A stretch of 64,000 nt of DNA. Source: Candidatus Krumholzibacteriia bacterium (GTDB taxonomy: Bacteria; Krumholzibacteriota; Krumholzibacteriia; WVZY01). The stretch spans positions 1-64,000 of the forward strand of contig JBHHVD010000001.1 of assembly GCA_046754105.1 (NCBI GenBank), given 5' to 3'. Below the pieces are notes generated by a model that saw only the letters and a list, made by a program, of their open reading frames with translations, was not told the origin of the DNA and searched no databases. Made by a program: the position numbers and the translations under genes. Positions 1-9,159 of this stretch are shown here, piece after piece; position 1 is the stretch's first letter, and every line of letters starts with the position of its first letter.

Positions 1-89
1 CGCGCAAGGTATCTTAAAAGACATCTCGGCCCGTGACTACCCACCGCGAGTGGAGTGGCAATATGACGGAGAGGTCTTCGTGGGTGCTG

Positions 90-1208
90 CTAGCGCCGTC
101 CGCCGGGGGTGAGCATTTGCCGGAATGTGCGCAGGGAGGTGCGGGCGGTGATCGTCAAGCGGTTGACCTCGTAACGTTCCCAGGCCCCGTGCGGCGAGGC
201 CTGCGCGCCGGTGAGTCGATAGAACGGGATGGTGGCGGGAAAGCGCGGGTCGGCGTCCGGCGTCCGCCGCTCCCGCGGCGCCGCGGTGAACCGGTCGCCC
301 GCCTTGTTGCTGCCGCGGACCAGCGTGCACGCGCCGGCGAACCCGGCCGCTACCGCGATGCTGTCCAGCTCCGAGTTGGTGGAGCCGTAGGGCCAGGCCA
401 GAAACCTCGGTATCGTGCCCAGCCGCTCGGCGATGACGCGCCTCGATTCCCTCAAGTCATCAAACACGATGTCTCGCCACGACCCCGCTCCCGGGATGGC
501 GTAAAGACCGCCGCTCGCCGCAGCAAGTACGGGCATGCGGCCTTCGCGGGTCTTGACGGAGTAGTGCAGGTCGTGGGAGTGCGACTGGATGGAGAACCTG
601 CCACGCGCCTGCAGCTCCCGTATCTCGTCCCAGCCGAGGGTCTCGAGCCCTTCCCATTCGACACCCACCCTGCCGGTGATGATAAACAGCGTCGCGGTGA
701 AGCCGTAGCGCTCGAGAACAGGCTCCGCGAGCAGCACGCTGCGGTCGCCGTCGTCGAAGGTAATGACCACGCTCTTCGGCGGCAGCTTCAGCCGCCCCTC
801 CTGCCATTCGATGAGGTCATCGAGACCGACGGAGCGATATCCCTCTTCGTGCAGGTACCGCATCTGTTGCTCGAATGAGCCGATCGTCTGAGTCCATACG
901 TCCATGTCGTCGAGCAGCGGCAGGTTGAGAAACAATGCGCCCAGTATTTTCACGACCTGGAACGGGCTCGACTTCTCGCGCAGGAAGTGATGACAGAGGA
1001 CGGGAATCCCGTCCCGCTCGATGTCATACGGGAGCGATGTCTCATCGCCCCGGTGCGCCTGGATCGGTGTTATGGACGATTCGTCAACGTTCGGCGATTC
1101 GTAACCGGCCATCAACACGAGAAGAACGAGGAGCAGCATCGAGGTAACAAGCGCGGAATACGTGGCGTTTCGGAGGTCCTTGCGGTTCTTTCTCGGGCCG
1201 TATTTCAT
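90..1208 (-). CDS. Polysaccharide deacetylase (CE4/NodB domain), PgaB/IcaB-like, with N-terminal membrane anchor
   Basis: Motifs ITFDDG, QSHSHDLH and LAWPYG; hydrophobic N-terminus; last gene of a pga-like operon; 372 aa, too short to include the PgaB GH153 domain. Confidence 0.88.
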   Translation of the reverse strand: MKYGPRKNRKDLRNATYSALVTSMLLLVLLVLMAGYESPNVDESSITPIQAHRGDETSLPYDIERDGIPVLCHHFLREKSSPFQVVKILGALFLNLPLLDDMDVWTQTIGSFEQQMRYLHEEGYRSVGLDDLIEWQEGRLKLPPKSVVITFDDGDRSVLLAEPVLERYGFTATLFIITGRVGVEWEGLETLGWDEIRELQARGRFSIQSHSHDLHYSVKTREGRMPVLAAASGGLYAIPGAGSWRDIVFDDLRESRRVIAERLGTIPRFLAWPYGSTNSELDSIAVAAGFAGACTLVRGSNKAGDRFTAAPRERRTPDADPRFPATIPFYRLTGAQASPHGAWERYEVNRLTITARTSLRTFRQMLTPGGRR

Positions 1209-2864
1209 CTAACGGCCCAGCGGGTAATCCACGGAAACGTAAAAGCTCCGCGATCGGAAACCGTCGGCAGAGTCCAGGCGGGACCCGGAGCCCGAGTAGC
1301 CTGCACCCACGAAAACGCTCCCGCCCGTCTTGACGCGGACGGCGCCGTCGAAGGAGCCCACGTTGGCCCAGCCTTCCCCTTTTTCCTTCTCGAAACCGAC
1401 GCGGCCGGCTACTTCGAGGCGCACGCGCTTTGTCAGGTCGGCCGCGAATCCAAGGCCCCCGAACACGTGAGCGTAGGTCAACGGGCTGAAGTAGCCGTGG
1501 TCCAGCTGTTGTTCGAAGTCCCAGTACTCGATGCCCGACGAGACCGCGAATGCGTTCCTCCAGCGCCCGGCGGCTTCGACGCGCGGCGTGTATTCGGCGC
1601 GTCCCGAGAACGCGACGCGCGAATTGGTATCGCTGTATGCGTCGTGCTGCAGTGCCCAGAACGTCATCAGGCGGTGACGCAGGCGCCAGTCGACGCCGAC
1701 GCTGGTCTCGGTCACGCGTATGTCCCGGAACAACGTCTGCGGGATATCCAGTGTTTGGCGTGCATTGCCGGCGTCCACGCGCACCCAGTCCGAAGGGGTG
1801 AGGGTGCCGTAGACGTCCCAGATGAAAACATCGAAATCGTCGTTGAGCGCGTTGTTGGGGGCGAGCGTTACCCGATCGAAATCGTTCCTCTGCAGGCCGG
1901 GACCGAGCGAGACGGCGAGCACGGAAGACAGCCGCTTGTGAAAGATGACGGACAACTGGTCGCGGTCGATATCGGGAGAGCCGGCGAGGGTCAAGTGTCC
2001 CCGCGCGTAGGCCACCTTCACCTCTGTTTCCAGCACCGGCACGATCGTGACCGACGACTCGAACTGGCTGAAATCGCCGTCGGTGGAGTTGTCGCGAAAG
2101 GAAAACGCGCTGGCACCGCGAACGTGGCGTTCACCCCGGATTTCGCTCTCCAGGGTCTGCTGGCCGTCTCCGTCTCCCGCCCGCAGCGTCTGAAGGGCGG
2201 CGAAGGATTGCCCCGACCAGTACTGGGCATACGCGAGCCCCCTGCGCGCCTCGCCGCTGTTCGGATCGCGCGAGAGCTCGTCGCGATAAAGCGTCTCCGC
2301 CCGGCGGTGCTGGCCGGACCAGTTGGCAACCTCCGCCAGGCCGAGACGCGCCTCGCTGCTTGCCGGATTGCTGTCGAGAACCTCCAGGTACACCGATTCC
2401 GCCTCACCAAGATCGCCCTGCCACGATTTCACCTTTGCGAGTCCTATGAGAACGTCTTCCCTGCGCTCGCCGCTCGCCGGCAACAGCGCAAGGTATCGCC
2501 GCTCCGCCTCGCGATGGCGTCCCGCCCAACTGTGTGCCCGTGCGGCACCGAGCAGGGCATCGATGTCGTCGGCATTTCGGGCGAGGGCCACCTCGTACCA
2601 CACGATCGCGGAATCGGGAATCTCCGCCCACGTGTACTGGTCGCCCAGTTCCGCCGCCAGCTCGCCGCTTCTCGACGGATCCGAGGCAATGGCCCGGCGA
2701 AAGAAATCGATTGCTTGCCGGTGCTGGTCGCGTTCCGCCGCCGCGCGCGCATGCGACATGAGCGTGCCTGCTTCTCCGGCGCCGGCCGCCGCGTGGACGT
2801 TCATGGCCAGCAGCACCAGAAGAAGCCCCAGCAGTATCCGTATGCATTCCTTTTTGACGTTCAT
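1209..2864 (-). CDS. TPR protein with C-terminal outer-membrane beta-barrel (PgaA-like polysaccharide export porin)
   Basis: Signal peptide after MNVKK with GGAGG RBS; TPR repeats (DALLGAARAHSWAG, EARLGLAEVANWSG); amphipathic C-terminal strands including GYFSP; operon context. Confidence 0.78.
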   Translation of the reverse strand: MNVKKECIRILLGLLLVLLAMNVHAAAGAGEAGTLMSHARAAAERDQHRQAIDFFRRAIASDPSRSGELAAELGDQYTWAEIPDSAIVWYEVALARNADDIDALLGAARAHSWAGRHREAERRYLALLPASGERREDVLIGLAKVKSWQGDLGEAESVYLEVLDSNPASSEARLGLAEVANWSGQHRRAETLYRDELSRDPNSGEARRGLAYAQYWSGQSFAALQTLRAGDGDGQQTLESEIRGERHVRGASAFSFRDNSTDGDFSQFESSVTIVPVLETEVKVAYARGHLTLAGSPDIDRDQLSVIFHKRLSSVLAVSLGPGLQRNDFDRVTLAPNNALNDDFDVFIWDVYGTLTPSDWVRVDAGNARQTLDIPQTLFRDIRVTETSVGVDWRLRHRLMTFWALQHDAYSDTNSRVAFSGRAEYTPRVEAAGRWRNAFAVSSGIEYWDFEQQLDHGYFSPLTYAHVFGGLGFAADLTKRVRLEVAGRVGFEKEKGEGWANVGSFDGAVRVKTGGSVFVGAGYSGSGSRLDSADGFRSRSFYVSVDYPLGR

Positions 2865-2880
2865 GTTCTTCCTCCGCGGA

Positions 2881-4149
2881 TCAGCCCGTTTCCCGTACGG
2901 GTTTCCATCGCACCGGGGCGCGGCCTTTCTCCGGGCCCCTGAATCCCCGCGGCGTGGCAACAACCGTTACGACGGCCATGAAGATCCAGTAGACGAGGGG
3001 ATAGAAAACGGCGAGGACGTAGTACCACGGCAGATTGCGGTCGTAACGCCGGTCGAGCAGCACCCCGACCAGCAGTTGGGTGAGACACATGGTACCGATC
3101 AACATGCCCCAGTAGTTCGGAATGGGCGAGGCGCCAACCGGCGGATAGCCGGCGGCATAGGACACCGCCCACAGGAGCGTCAGTGCGATGAACGCGTATG
3201 CCCACGTGATCGACAAGGCGCATTCGGCCAGCACCGGCCACAGCCGTCGTGCCTTCCACGTGCACGCCGAGCGCGTGTGCCGGCGCACCACCTGCGAGAG
3301 CCCCAACGCCCAGCGCATGCGCTGGCGCCATAGCCCCCGCAGTGACACCGGGACCCGCATCCAGACGATCGCGCGCGGCTCGTAGCGGATCTCGTAGAAC
3401 TTCAGCTGGATCCTCCAGGTCAGGTCGATGTCCTCAGTCGCCATCTCGGGGCCGAACATCCCGATGTCGAGCAATACGTTTCTGTCGAAGGCTCCAACCA
3501 CACCGCTCATCGTCAGCATCTTGCCCCAGATGCGGGCCCCCCTCCGTTGCAGGGAGACGATCGATGTAAACTCGATCGCCTGCAGCTTGCTCAGCAGGCT
3601 GCTGCGGTTGGCCACCCGTGGATTGCCGGTCACCGCGCCCACCCGCGGCGATTGAAAGTGGGGCACCATTCTCTTGAGTATCTTCACGTCCGGTACGGCA
3701 TCGGCGTCGATGATCAGGATGATCTCGCCGCGGGTCCGCGGGATTGCGTCGTTGAGGGCCATCGCTTTGCCCTCGTTCAGGTGTTTATGGATGAGGCGTA
3801 CCTTGCCCTGTTTCGCGTAGGGCACGATCTTTTTCATCGTGTCGTCGGTCGAGCCGTCGTTGACGACCACGATCTCGTAGCGCGGGTAGTCGATCGCGAG
3901 TACGCCCTCGATGGTCGCTTCGATGTGATCCTCTTCGTTGTAGGCGGCGAACAAAACGGTGACGAGAGGCTGGTACCTGGCGTCCGCGGGATTGAACCCG
4001 CGTCGTCGCTCACGGCGCATATAGAACACGACGCTGGTCGCCACCCACACGACGCTGGTGAAGATCGGGTACCATGCGAAAAACACGAGAATGACGAGGT
4101 AGAACGGGTTTCGTTGGATCGACTCGACTACGGAGACCAGATCGATCAT
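2881..4149 (-). CDS. pgaC: Poly-beta-1,6-GlcNAc synthase-like GT2 glycosyltransferase
   Basis: AAYNEE, DGSTD, GKAMALN, IDADA, VTGNP, TEDIDL and QRMRW motifs plus C-terminal TM helices; start MIDLV overlaps the upstream stop (ATGA). Confidence 0.88.
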   Translation of the reverse strand: MIDLVSVVESIQRNPFYLVILVFFAWYPIFTSVVWVATSVVFYMRRERRRGFNPADARYQPLVTVLFAAYNEEDHIEATIEGVLAIDYPRYEIVVVNDGSTDDTMKKIVPYAKQGKVRLIHKHLNEGKAMALNDAIPRTRGEIILIIDADAVPDVKILKRMVPHFQSPRVGAVTGNPRVANRSSLLSKLQAIEFTSIVSLQRRGARIWGKMLTMSGVVGAFDRNVLLDIGMFGPEMATEDIDLTWRIQLKFYEIRYEPRAIVWMRVPVSLRGLWRQRMRWALGLSQVVRRHTRSACTWKARRLWPVLAECALSITWAYAFIALTLLWAVSYAAGYPPVGASPIPNYWGMLIGTMCLTQLLVGVLLDRRYDRNLPWYYVLAVFYPLVYWIFMAVVTVVATPRGFRGPEKGRAPVRWKPVRETG

Positions 4150-4538
4150 GGCCCGTCCATCCGGCCGGTGCTGCGGAAGACCTTCTCCTGGACTACCTTG
4201 CCGTTTACGATGTTGCTGCGGATGTCGACCTCGACGTAGTTGGCCGATTGAACGGCCTTGGGGTTGTCGACGACGATCCAGCGACCGAGGTAGTCCCGGA
4301 GTGGTTCCTTCCGCCTGCGGCGCCTGACCCTGCGCCTCCCGTGCCTCTCGAAGATACGGATGTTGTGAAACACCCAGAAACCCAGGTAGACGATGGTAAG
4401 AAACGACAGAACGCCCAGAGAGGCGACGGCGGTCTTGGTTTCGGGGTTTAGCGGCCGCTGCGCCACGATTCGCCAGTAAACCGCGAACACGACCCACAGC
4501 AGCACCGCTCCCACGACGTGAAAAACGTGTCTAGGCAT
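4146..4538 (-). CDS. PgaD-like small membrane protein
   Basis: Two TM helices followed by WVFHNIRIF...RRR, resembling the PgaD WxxYNxxRF..RR pattern; translationally coupled to pgaC. Confidence 0.65.
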   Translation of the reverse strand: MPRHVFHVVGAVLLWVVFAVYWRIVAQRPLNPETKTAVASLGVLSFLTIVYLGFWVFHNIRIFERHGRRRVRRRRRKEPLRDYLGRWIVVDNPKAVQSANYVEVDIRSNIVNGKVVQEKVFRSTGRMDGP

Positions 4539-4603
4539 CGATTGAAGTTTCTGTACTGAGGAAATTTTTACGATTTAGATAGAAATTATAAGCAAACGGG
4601 TCG

Positions 4604-4619
4604 TGCAATCTCTATGCCA
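4604..4619 (-). promoter_or_regulatory. sigma54 (-24/-12) promoter of the pga-like operon
   Basis: Minus strand reads TGGCATAGAGATTGCA, matching TGGCAC-N5-TTGCW with exact GG-N10-GC spacing, ~65 nt upstream of the first start codon. Confidence 0.8.
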
Positions 4620-4707
4620 CGAAAACCGCATGGGAACGGCGCGGAACCCCATTCGTGAAAGGCGGTTCCCGGCGGCGGCCGGGTGCTGCGGGAAAACCGG
4701 GTTCGCG

Positions 4708-6486
4708 CTATTTCTTGAGGGCGAGAAAGGTGAGATCGTCGACCTGCGGCGTGCCGCGCATGTGGTCCTTCAGTCGTTTTCTAAGCGCCGTGCAGATGCG
4801 GCTGGGGGGCAGGTGGCGGTGCTCGCGGAGGAAACCAATCAGGCGCTTGCGACCGAAGGGTTCCTCATCCGGATCGTTCGCATCGGTCGCGCCGTCGGTG
4901 TAGGCAAAGAGAAGGTTGTCCCCGAGCAGGAATCGTCCTTCTCGTAACTTGTTATTCTCCAATACTCCCAGCACGGTGCCGCCGGCTTCCAGCAACTGGT
5001 ACCGGCCGCTCGGCTTCATGAGAATCGCCGGGTCCTGGCCGGCGTTGCAGTAGGTGACCTCGCCGCTCTCCGCGTTGAGGACGCCGAGGAAGGCCGTCAC
5101 GAAGTCATCGGGACGGACGGTCTCGAGCAGGATCTTGTTCGCCAGCACCGCGATTTCCCTCGCGGTTGTGAACTGCGGGGCTCCCGTGTGCAGGGTGGCG
5201 CGAAAGCTCGACATGATGATCGACGCCGGGACTCCCTTGCCGGCGACGTCCGCGACGGCGAAGGCGACGTACGGTTTCTCGAGGGGAAAGACGTCGAGGT
5301 AGTCACCGGAGAGCTCAAGTGAGGGGTAATTGCGCCCCGACAGCGTGTACTTTCCCAACTTGCGCGACTTGCTGGGCGTAAAGAACTCCTGGACGGTGCG
5401 TGCTACCCTGAGCTCCCTTTCGATTTCCTGTTTTGCCTGCTGTTCCTCATAGAGCCGGGCCCGTTCGATGGAAACGCCCGCGACCGCCGCGAAAGACTCC
5501 AGCAGGCGCAGGTCCTCTCCGCGGTACGTGCCGGCGCGGTTACTCTCGAGGTTGAAGAGCCCAATGACCCGGCCTCGGCTCAACATGGGGGTCACCATCT
5601 CGGAGTGGGTCCTGCGTCTCGCGCTCACGTAGCGCGGGTCCTTCGAGGTGTCGGCCACGATAATGCCCTTCTTGTTTTGTGCCGCCCAGCCGACCAGGCC
5701 CTCGTCGAGCTTGAGCCGGAGACGCGCCTCCCTTCCCGGCCGGTAGCCGTGCTGCAGCTGGCTCACCAGTTCCTGGTTCTTGCGGTCGAGCACGAAGATC
5801 GCCGCCGCGTCGTATTGGATGAGCTTTTTCAGACTCTCCAACAGCTGTCCGAGCACGTCGTCGAGTCCCAGCGACTTACCGAGATCGAGACTTATCTTGT
5901 AGAGCACCGAGTTCTCGAGCCGGCTGCGCTCCGCTTCGCGGTAGAGCCGGGCGTTGTCGACCGCGGTGGCGATGTGGTCTCCCAGCGCCAGAAAGAATTC
6001 CAGGTCCTCGCTCGTAAACGGGTCGGTGCCACGCCTGTTCACCGCCTCGATAACGCCGATCAATTTGTTCCTGCGCTTGAGGGGAATGCTCATAATGGAG
6101 CGCGTCTTCAGACCGAGTTTTTTTTCGATGGCGGGGGAAAACCGCTTGTCGTTCTTGAGGTCGTTGATGATCACCGGGCGCCCGAACTTGGCCACCCACC
6201 CCACCACACCCTCGCCGAGGGGGATCTTCATGCCGAGAATCTCTCGGCCGCGCCTGCCGCGGGCGAGCGCGAACACCATGTTTTGCTTTGCGGAGTCCAG
6301 GAACAGTACCGACGCCGTCTCGACCGACAGGGCGTCCCTTACGATCTTGAGGATCCGGTTCAACAGTTGGTCCAGGTCGAGGGTGGAGTTGAGCGCGTGA
6401 CTCGATTTCGTGAGGAACTTGAACTCCTTCAGTCGCTTCTCGAGAAACCGCTCGTCGGGAGGTGTTCGACGCGGTGAGCGTGACAT
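4708..6486 (-). CDS. GAF-GAF-SpoIIE/PP2C phosphatase (RsbU-like)
   Basis: Two GAF domains (GEGVVGWVA, DEGLVGWAA); PP2C motifs SGDYLD, VADVAGKG, YTDGA and DDLT. Confidence 0.9.
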   Translation of the reverse strand: MSRSPRRTPPDERFLEKRLKEFKFLTKSSHALNSTLDLDQLLNRILKIVRDALSVETASVLFLDSAKQNMVFALARGRRGREILGMKIPLGEGVVGWVAKFGRPVIINDLKNDKRFSPAIEKKLGLKTRSIMSIPLKRRNKLIGVIEAVNRRGTDPFTSEDLEFFLALGDHIATAVDNARLYREAERSRLENSVLYKISLDLGKSLGLDDVLGQLLESLKKLIQYDAAAIFVLDRKNQELVSQLQHGYRPGREARLRLKLDEGLVGWAAQNKKGIIVADTSKDPRYVSARRRTHSEMVTPMLSRGRVIGLFNLESNRAGTYRGEDLRLLESFAAVAGVSIERARLYEEQQAKQEIERELRVARTVQEFFTPSKSRKLGKYTLSGRNYPSLELSGDYLDVFPLEKPYVAFAVADVAGKGVPASIIMSSFRATLHTGAPQFTTAREIAVLANKILLETVRPDDFVTAFLGVLNAESGEVTYCNAGQDPAILMKPSGRYQLLEAGGTVLGVLENNKLREGRFLLGDNLLFAYTDGATDANDPDEEPFGRKRLIGFLREHRHLPPSRICTALRKRLKDHMRGTPQVDDLTFLALKK

Positions 6487-7556
6487 CAGTCAGCGACCCC
6501 GGTGGGATAGTGTTCGAGAATCTTGTCCGCCACCTCGAAGAACGCCCGCGACACGGGGGATGCTGCATCCAGGTCGACGATCGGGGTCCCCTCGTCGCCA
6601 CCCATCCTTACCCGTGGATCGAGCGGTATCTCTCCGAGCACTTGTGCCCGGGTACGCTTGCCGATCTTCTTTCCCCCACCTGTGTCGAAGATGTCGGTCC
6701 TCTCTCCGCAGTGCGGGCACACAAAGGTGCTCATGTTCTCGACGATGCCAAAGACGGGGACGTCGACCTCTTCGAACATCCGCAGGCCGCGCTCCGCGTC
6801 GACCAGCGACAACTCGGACGGTGTCGTGACGATAATCGCACCCGTAATCGGCACCGTCTGCGCCAGGGTCAACTGGGCGTCACCGGTGCCCGGCGGCAGG
6901 TCGGTCAGCAGGTAATCGAGCTCGCCCCACTCAACGTCCAGCAGCATTTTCTTGACCACCCCCATGACGATGGGTCCGCGCCAGATCACCGGCATACCCG
7001 GCTGGGTGAGGAACCCCAGCGACATGAGCTTGATGCCGTCCTTCTCGACGGGACGTATCTCCTTGGTCTGGCCCTCGCGCGGACGCTCGTCCACACCGAG
7101 GAGTATTTGCAGGCTCGGCCCGTACACGTCCGCGTCGAGCAATCCCACCTTCGCACCCCGCGCGTTGAGGGCGAGGGCGAGGTTGACCGCCACCGTCGAC
7201 TTGCCGACGCCGCCCTTTCCGCTCGCTATGGCAATGATGTGGCGGATACCCGGGATCGGAGCCTGGCCGTCGAAGGGATTCTCGGTCGCCGTCGGCCGGG
7301 GTGGGGCCGTGTCCTTTCGCGGGCTCTGCACGACCACGGTGACGTCCCGAACGCCGTCGACGGCCATCACCGCGTCGAAGCAGGCGTCCTCGATGCGCTC
7401 CTTCTCGGCGCGGTCGCTCGTGGGCAGGGCCAGCGTGATCTTCACGACTCCCTGCGAGATGTCGACGGCTTGAACGCGGCGATTGGTGACGATATTTCCA
7501 GCGCCTTCGTCGGCGACTCCCTGCAGCACTTCTTTGACCCTGGTTTCGTCCAGCAC
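6486..7556 (-). CDS. apbC: Mrp/ApbC/NBP35 Fe-S cluster carrier ATPase
   Basis: SGKGGVGKST, DADVYGPS, IWRGP, DLPPGTGD and ENMS..CPHC motifs; GTG start at 7556 inferred from an AGAGG RBS. Confidence 0.92.
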   Translation of the reverse strand: MLDETRVKEVLQGVADEGAGNIVTNRRVQAVDISQGVVKITLALPTSDRAEKERIEDACFDAVMAVDGVRDVTVVVQSPRKDTAPPRPTATENPFDGQAPIPGIRHIIAIASGKGGVGKSTVAVNLALALNARGAKVGLLDADVYGPSLQILLGVDERPREGQTKEIRPVEKDGIKLMSLGFLTQPGMPVIWRGPIVMGVVKKMLLDVEWGELDYLLTDLPPGTGDAQLTLAQTVPITGAIIVTTPSELSLVDAERGLRMFEEVDVPVFGIVENMSTFVCPHCGERTDIFDTGGGKKIGKRTRAQVLGEIPLDPRVRMGGDEGTPIVDLDAASPVSRAFFEVADKILEHYPTGVAD

Positions 7557-7927
7557 GAAATGGCCTCTCGGTTGGATTTCGGTTGCAGCCCTGGGGGTCG
7601 CGTAACGATAACCCGCCTCTGGCAAACACCATATACGATGATCACGCCCGTCGCAAACCAAATACGACGGCAGCGTGGGGGCGCTTGCCGTGGCGCCGCA
7701 CACGGCGGCCCGCTCTCTGTGGAATAACGAAACGTGGTGCACCCGCCGCCCGGAGCCCATGCCCTGGAATGCGCGCGGTCGCGTTGAAACCGTTGCGGGG
7801 GAATTGCGGTGAGTTGGTTTTCAAGGGGGATGAGAAGCGCACCGCACGTCAGAAAATGTGCCTGACGTTTTGGAACACAATTTCCTTATTACGGTGCGCA
7901 TTCGTTCCTGGCCCGGAATGGTTGTCC

Positions 7928-7943
7928 TGCATAGAACATTCCA
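7928..7943 (-). promoter_or_regulatory. Possible sigma54 promoter facing mrp/apbC
   Basis: Minus strand TGGAATGTTCTATGCA has GG-N10-GC spacing but two to three deviations from consensus. Confidence 0.4.
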
Positions 7944-7970
7944 CGCGAACCGTGGCGGGCCCGTGCCAGG

Positions 7971-8938
7971 TGTAAAAGATTCGTGACAAACCCGATCGCA
8001 CCGGCACGTTCGTCATGAACGCGCCGCGTGCCCTTCAACGCTTCATCCACCGGGGTTCGGCCCGTCGACCGCCCACGCGTTGTCAAATGAGTTTGACAGT
8101 CTCTATCGCGTAACCAATTGGCCACACGACGCGGGGCCTGTTCGACTGAACGGAACCTTACCACAAGCACAGGAACGGAACAGCACACCTCGCGCGTTCA
8201 CACACGACGCGTGCATTGATTTTAGTCAACGATCCTTCCCCGGTGTCAAATAAACTTGACACGAATGCAGCCGCGTTTGTATTCGCACTTGCATTCACAA
8301 CTCCTTTGTCACTCGTGACATTCACGCGGCCGCTCCGGCAGATCACGTGAAGGTGTAAAGAATACTTGACACTTTCAGGCGCGCAACCGCCACTCAGCAC
8401 GCAACCGCTTCGCAAGCGCCGGAACGATAATTGCGACGAGCGATCCCCAAGGGAGCTGGCGGCACCCATCCTCTACAAGAACCGCGAACACGATTTGGCC
8501 GTTCGGCCGGGAGTACTCGAGCCTCCTTTCTTCCTCGCTCCCCACGAGAAGAGCGCGAAGTACTTCCGGCCCGGACGCCAACAACTCCCTCCCATCCCGT
8601 ACTCTTATTGGTCTTTGTACCGCGGGTGCCGTTGGCACCACCGGCGCCTGCCAGGCGATTTCCCGGAGCGCGGCTCGAGCGAATGTTGAACGCACACGGC
8701 GCCCCGCTGGACTCGAATTTGCCGATGGCCGGCAACGCAGTCAAAATTTCTGCCGGAACAATGCGTGGAGTCACCTGCCGATGGTTTCCGCGAGTCGCCA
8801 AAACTTTTCGCGTGAACGAGATTTCGCGATCAGCCGTCGACGGGTTGTTACCGTTTGGCAATTGCGTGCTCACTCTTTGTGGCCACACAATTACGTTAAC
8901 ACGAACCGGTTGGAGTAAAGTGTAAAGTATTATTGACA
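7971..8938. promoter_or_regulatory. Five 18-bp palindromic boxes TGTMAA-N6-KTGACA (probable activator binding sites)
   Basis: 7971 TGTAAAAGATTCGTGACA; 8081 TGTCAAATGAGTTTGACA; 8244 TGTCAAATAAACTTGACA; 8354 TGTAAAGAATACTTGACA; 8921 TGTAAAGTATTATTGACA. Confidence 0.75.
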
Positions 8939-9010
8939 CTGTGTTCGCGTAACCATATTCGGAATGGGTTGCGCGGCAATCAATTCCGAGGCCGGCTCGC
9001 TCTCCGTGTC

Positions 9011-9026
9011 TGGCATGCTACGTGCA
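9011..9026 (+). promoter_or_regulatory. sigma54 (-24/-12) promoter of the GT2-wecB operon
   Basis: TGGCATGCTACGTGCA with GG-N10-GC spacing, 72 nt downstream of the last palindromic box. Confidence 0.65.
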
Positions 9027-9159
9027 CCAACTACAAAACGCGATGCACAATTCGAATCATATCTCCAAGGATCACACGCACTCAACCAGCCGCATGGCCG
9101 ATGAACCGTGCTGTAACTCCGGCGCCTCGAAACAAATCGCTTTTCCGGCATCTGTTCGC

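Noticed and set aside
987..2942. Long antisense and alternative-frame ORFs (e.g. 987..2942 +, 26186..28462 +, 22945..24564 +, 48937..50394 +)
   Set aside because: Shadows of real genes in high-GC DNA; no motifs and Arg/Ala/Gly-biased composition
4150..4497. 116-aa N-terminal extension of the pgaC ORF
   Set aside because: Overlaps the PgaD-like gene in another frame; the ATGA junction at 4146-4149 marks the more plausible start
8216..8229. FNR-like box TTGAT-TTTA-GTCAA
   Set aside because: Single one-mismatch hit in AT-rich DNA with no associated promoter identified
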